A stretch of 63,993 nucleotides of DNA, filler included, from Globobulimina sp. (Eukaryota), in assembly GCA_003354225.1 (NCBI GenBank). It is 8 parts of 8 records of this genome, joined end to end, with 100 filler letters (N's around TTAATTAATTAA, not from the genome) between each part and the next. Parts side by side here need not be neighbours in the genome. Positions count along the whole stretch, not along the records: positions 56,292 to 63,993 come from PIVH01000128.1; 7 more parts are not named here. The stretch is one strand, 5' to 3'. The position numbers were made by a program, and so were the translations under genes. Shown in pieces: positions 59,688 through 63,993 of the stretch. Positions within the stretch are counted from its first letter, which is position 1. Every line of letters begins with the position of its first letter. A model generated the notes under the pieces. That model saw nothing but the letters and a program-made list of their open reading frames with translations. It was not told the origin of the DNA and searched no databases.

Positions 59688-61078
59688 TTAAAAACATTTT
59701 CGATGTACAATCTGCGCACCAATTTCATCATATTCATCTTTAAACACCCACGATTTTCCAAATGAGCACATCGACGCTAAAAGAGAACCGCCGATCCAAA
59801 CACTATACTTCCGATCTGCGGGGACACGCACTTTAACCTTTGGCCAAATCGGTAGATGTTTGCAAATCACATTCACCACATCTTTATATAACATGTTGCT
59901 ACAATTATGCCTCAAATATCCATCCACCAGAATATCATCTTTACTCTTCATTATTTTATAGATTTCATTCTCTAATCGCTTACCAAATCCACCAAACATA
60001 GTATTGCCACCACTTAACACAATATTACTGCATAAAACACTAAAATCTGTCTCGCATTTCGTCATTGAGCTATACAATAATTTATGTATTCCATCAGCTT
60101 CCTCTCCAAGTCCAACCATCCACGGTTTAAATAATATTTCCGTGCATCGAAAGCGTTCGCTGCTCATAGTTATAACATGCCCGTCTGGCAAAACGTACAT
60201 TTTATCAATCTGACTATGATCAGCCTCATATTGTTCCAGTTCATATTCATAATCCTCTGCTATAAAACCATATTTTTCTTTAATATCTTGATAAGTTAAA
60301 CTATATATGATTGCATCAATATGTTTATCTGTTGATCCACTCGCAATATTTGCATGTCCTCACATCACAGTGTCTCAACTTATAATATCTTCTTTCATTC
60401 ATTATCGTTCTATCATTGTCACCAATATTCTTTCGCAGATAATTTGTTACATCATAGCCACCAATGTTCAATGTGGAAATTGCGTATTTTAAAGCATGTC
60501 CTTCATAAATTGGAACACAAAAAGTTGAGCACCCGCTCTCTAATACAATTCCATTGCGTCTTCCAGCGGCGAATAAGGATAAAAGAGAAGTCATTGATAG
60601 ATACATTCCCGGAACATTAAATTGTTCAAACATAATTTCTGCAGTTTTTTCTCTGTTTGGTCTTGGGTTTAATGGCGACTCTGTTAACAATACATAAAGT
60701 TCTTCAGGTTGGCAGTGTAATTCCTTGGTGTTTGGAGAAATGTGTATACAACGTATTTGAAATAAAATATAAAAATACGTTATAAAGTGTATGGTGCCAT
60801 ATTTTTTCCATATCATTCCAATCCATGACAATCCCATTTTTTATAGGCCACTTGTTGAGCAAAACACCTCTTTTAGATTGTGCTTCATCGCCAACATAGG
60901 CATCTTTTTGGGCCATACCAACCATAGTATCTTTATGCCGAGCTCTACCAACAATTGATGGAAACACTGCCCGCGGTGCATCATCCCCTCCATATCCTGC
61001 TTTTATCATACAACTTCCATTATCAATCACTAATTGGTGTGACCAGTCTTCAGAATACCAGCAATCAGAATCTGTCAT
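59688..61078 (-). CDS. Divergent actin / actin-related protein; introns 60778-60724 and probably 60379-60301
   Basis: [66 protein letters not shown] and IVHRKCF. Confidence 0.9.
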
Positions 61079-61121
61079 GATCAGATGTGTTTTAGTAAAT
61101 AAACAAAAACGTTTTTTCAAC

Positions 61122-63829
61122 ATGTCATCGTTTTTAAACCTTCTAATCATTGCATACATTAAATGTATATCATACGCTTATCAACGAGATATTAATTACG
61201 CAATGAAATTCTTTGCGAATGATACTGACAGATTTCGAACAAAACCAGACGAATTGTTATCATTTGGAAACGAACTAATGCATAATTTTACGGAGAACAA
61301 ATCAGGTATCATGTTTAGCGGAGTATTTACAAATAATATGGTCTTACAAAGAGAACCCCATTATGCTGCTGTATATGGAACATGCGACACATCAAATATT
61401 ACAATAACTCTATCTATTAAAAACGAAGTAAACCACACAATTACAAATCATTCAACAATAACAATGCCAAACGGTGATTGGAAAATAGTATTACCTCAAA
61501 ACTACCCAAACGGTGGCAATTATACACTAACTGTACATTGCAATGAATGCGTTACAACTCCCAGAACATCAACAATATACAATATAACTTTTGGTGATGT
61601 TTACGTATGCTCCGGTCAATCAAACATGAATTTAGAAGTTGATTTTACATTTAATGCGCAGTCTACATACAATAATATCAGTGAATTAAACAAATATTTG
61701 AACATTCGATTTTACACTAAACGAGCATATGGTATGTCTGATAATATTCCACCATTTGTAATTCCATACGAAACAGATGTAAGTAATGGTAAATATGAAT
61801 GGCACACAGCCAATATTAACAATATTGAAAGAGTCAGATTGTTTTCAGCAACATGTTGGTACACTGCACAATCATTGATTGACAAATATAATATGAGTCA
61901 GATTAACTTTGGTTTAATATTAAGCGCCGTGGATGGCTCACAAATTGAAGCGTGGATCATGAACAATAGCATCAATGCTGTTTGTGATGAAAGAAAATGT
62001 GATTGTCCCGGAACAAACTGTGGTGCATTATATAATGGAATGATTGCTCCATTTATTAATATGAGTATAAAGGCCATCCTCTGGTATCAGGGTGAAAATA
62101 ATATTCGTCAACAGGAGATAGATACTGCTCACATTGCAGATTCATCATATTCATGTTTGCAGAAATTGTTAATAAATCAATATCGAGCACATTGGAATGA
62201 TTCGTATTTACCATTTGGTATTGTTCAGATAGCTGCTGGATGTTCCGAAGGTTTCTGGCAACAAATGCCATATTTTAGGCATTCGCAAACTGGCAATTAT
62301 GGTATTGTGCCAAATAAAGAAATGTTGAATGTGTTTATGGCACAAGCTTATGATACTGGTTTGTTAAATATTGTATATAATAGTTTTTGATTTGTTGCAT
62401 TTTCAATGTTTATTTGAAGGTGATCCATGGAACAGATATGCTAATGACAGAGACTTATATCCAGCACCGTATGATTGGAACACTACCAAATGGTTTTTAG
62501 GCAGTTTTCATCCTCGCTCCAAGCTATATGTCGGACGCAGACTGGCCATGAATATAAATAAGTTTGTTTACCACAATGATGGAATATGGAATGGGCCGTT
62601 GATCAAAAGTTGCAAATTGGATGTCTCCAAAGCTATAATTACAGTTAACTTTCATAGCAATATGTTGTATGATGAAGAGATTGTTATACAACCATTGGAT
62701 TTATGGTACAACCAATCATTGGTAGAAAACGTTAAATATTGGTCTGCAATAAAATTATTGTTTGATGGAACATGGATTGGTTTGGATGGCATGGATGTAC
62801 TAACTATTGGCGACAACGGCTACCGCATAATTGTGAATATCTCAAATATTATGCATAATACAAGTGATATGTTGGGTATTAATGGTATAAGTTATGCATG
62901 GTCTGATTATCCGTGTTGTGGTGATTTGGATCGTACGCAGCACCCATGTCCGATGAATATGTGTCCGATAATTACATCGAAATCAAGGTTACCAGCCATA
63001 CCGTTCCAAGCTAGAATTGAGGATGGGAAATGCCAATGTTTTGCGCCACAAAAATGTTAAATATATGTTTATGTTTTTATCTTGAACTATTTGTTTAAAT
63101 GTTTATTTTGAAGGTGATGGCTCAGAATATGTGTTGCCTGGAATGTACATTGACTTTGCTCCAAACACAAACACGTCCACAACGCTGGTTGTTGCAACAG
63201 GAAATGCTGAACTGCCGACATTTATTTGTGTGCTGATGACGGGTTATGTTATTCATTCAAATATAAATGACGCTGCAGGTCAATATGAAAGGATTGACGG
63301 AGATCTATTGTATTGGCGGAGAATGGATGTTGAGCCGAATAAAAATATATTTTATGATACAGCCTCAGGTTTTTGGCATATTGGATCAATGGAAGATATG
63401 GAGCATAATTTAGTTTGTGAAGTGCAAAATGTTTCATCTCCAATGGGATGTGATAAATGGATTGGATATAATTCAAATGAGGTGTATCATGTCAGTGATA
63501 TGGTTGTGAGTGATGGTAAATGCATAGATATTGATGTTAAAACTTTGGATGAGCAGAATGAGGAAAAATCAGATAATATTTTTGATGATAAGATTAAAGT
63601 GACATTGTTGACTATTTTGGGCGAATGTTTCTGTGTATTTATGTTATGGATTTATTGCAAAAGGAAAAGTGTAGAGAGTGGTAAAAGACGTGGACAGCTG
63701 CAGGATCTAACAAGCGATCAAAATAATGAAATTGATATACAGCAACTGAATCCAATGGAGATTAACCAAGTTTTGGATCATGGGCCGATGATCATGAGCG
63801 AGGAAAACCAACTGGTACACAGTGACTAA
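61122..63829 (+). CDS. Sialate O-acetylesterase (SGNH/SASA) with C-terminal TM anchor; introns 62359-62419 and 63056-63113
   Basis: Signal peptide, [29 protein letters not shown] and FHPRSK. Both phase-1 GT-AG introns restore the frame. TM segment [20 protein letters not shown]. Confidence 0.87.
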
Positions 63830-63993
63830 TTAATCATTTTTGTTAGTTATATATATATAGAAGTGACTGTAAAGAAGGCGGTTTAAAGATTTTCTAGCTT
63901 GCAGTCAACAGTCATCGAGAAGGTCGAACAGTACTCGAACACAAACAAAAGCTGGCCACAGAGGATCATTGGTACATAGATATTATATCAGAG

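Noticed and set aside
1-63993. Alternative genetic code as an explanation for split ORFs
   Set aside because: Long ORFs translate cleanly in the standard code, and most breaks are resolved by phase-correct GT-AG introns.

Overview
This window is not one locus. It holds eight unrelated ~7.9-kb contigs in descending length order, joined by artificial 100-nt linkers (44 N + TTAATTAATTAA + 44 N). The DNA is AT-rich and eukaryotic, with compact genes and mostly 52-93 nt GT-AG introns. The gene families suggest a rhizarian, probably a foraminiferan; that assignment is inference. Host genes: a PUB-domain/ADP-ribosyltransferase-like protein, a class C-like GPCR, a berberine-bridge-type FAD oxidase, an MFS transporter, two protein kinases, a GT8 glycosyltransferase, two SPRY-like proteins, a HECT E3 ligase, a mucin/C-type lectin/SRCR protein, RNA polymerase I/III subunit AC40, a hinderin-like protein, tRNA-Pro(CGG), a divergent actin and a membrane-anchored sialate O-acetylesterase. 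Three retroelement classes are present: an LTR element (PPT-LTR-PBS plus a very long Gag-protease ORF with no RT), an APE-type LINE plus a second LINE 3' relic, and an apparently complete Ngaro/DIRS-like tyrosine-recombinase retrotransposon with split direct repeats. Best novelty candidates: (1) in the YR retrotransposon, one splice donor inside gag is phase-compatible with three alternative acceptors (gag C-terminus, ATG-less RT/RNase H, ATG-less recombinase), and a 20-bp inverted repeat brackets the RT exon; (2) a ~1730-aa protein fusing Tudor/Agenet and PHD chromatin readers to a phage-like amino-methyltransferase; (3) an actin with an inserted ~30-aa module also found at the N-termini of the SPRY-like proteins. 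All domain calls come from motif recognition by eye, and all splice sites are predictions.
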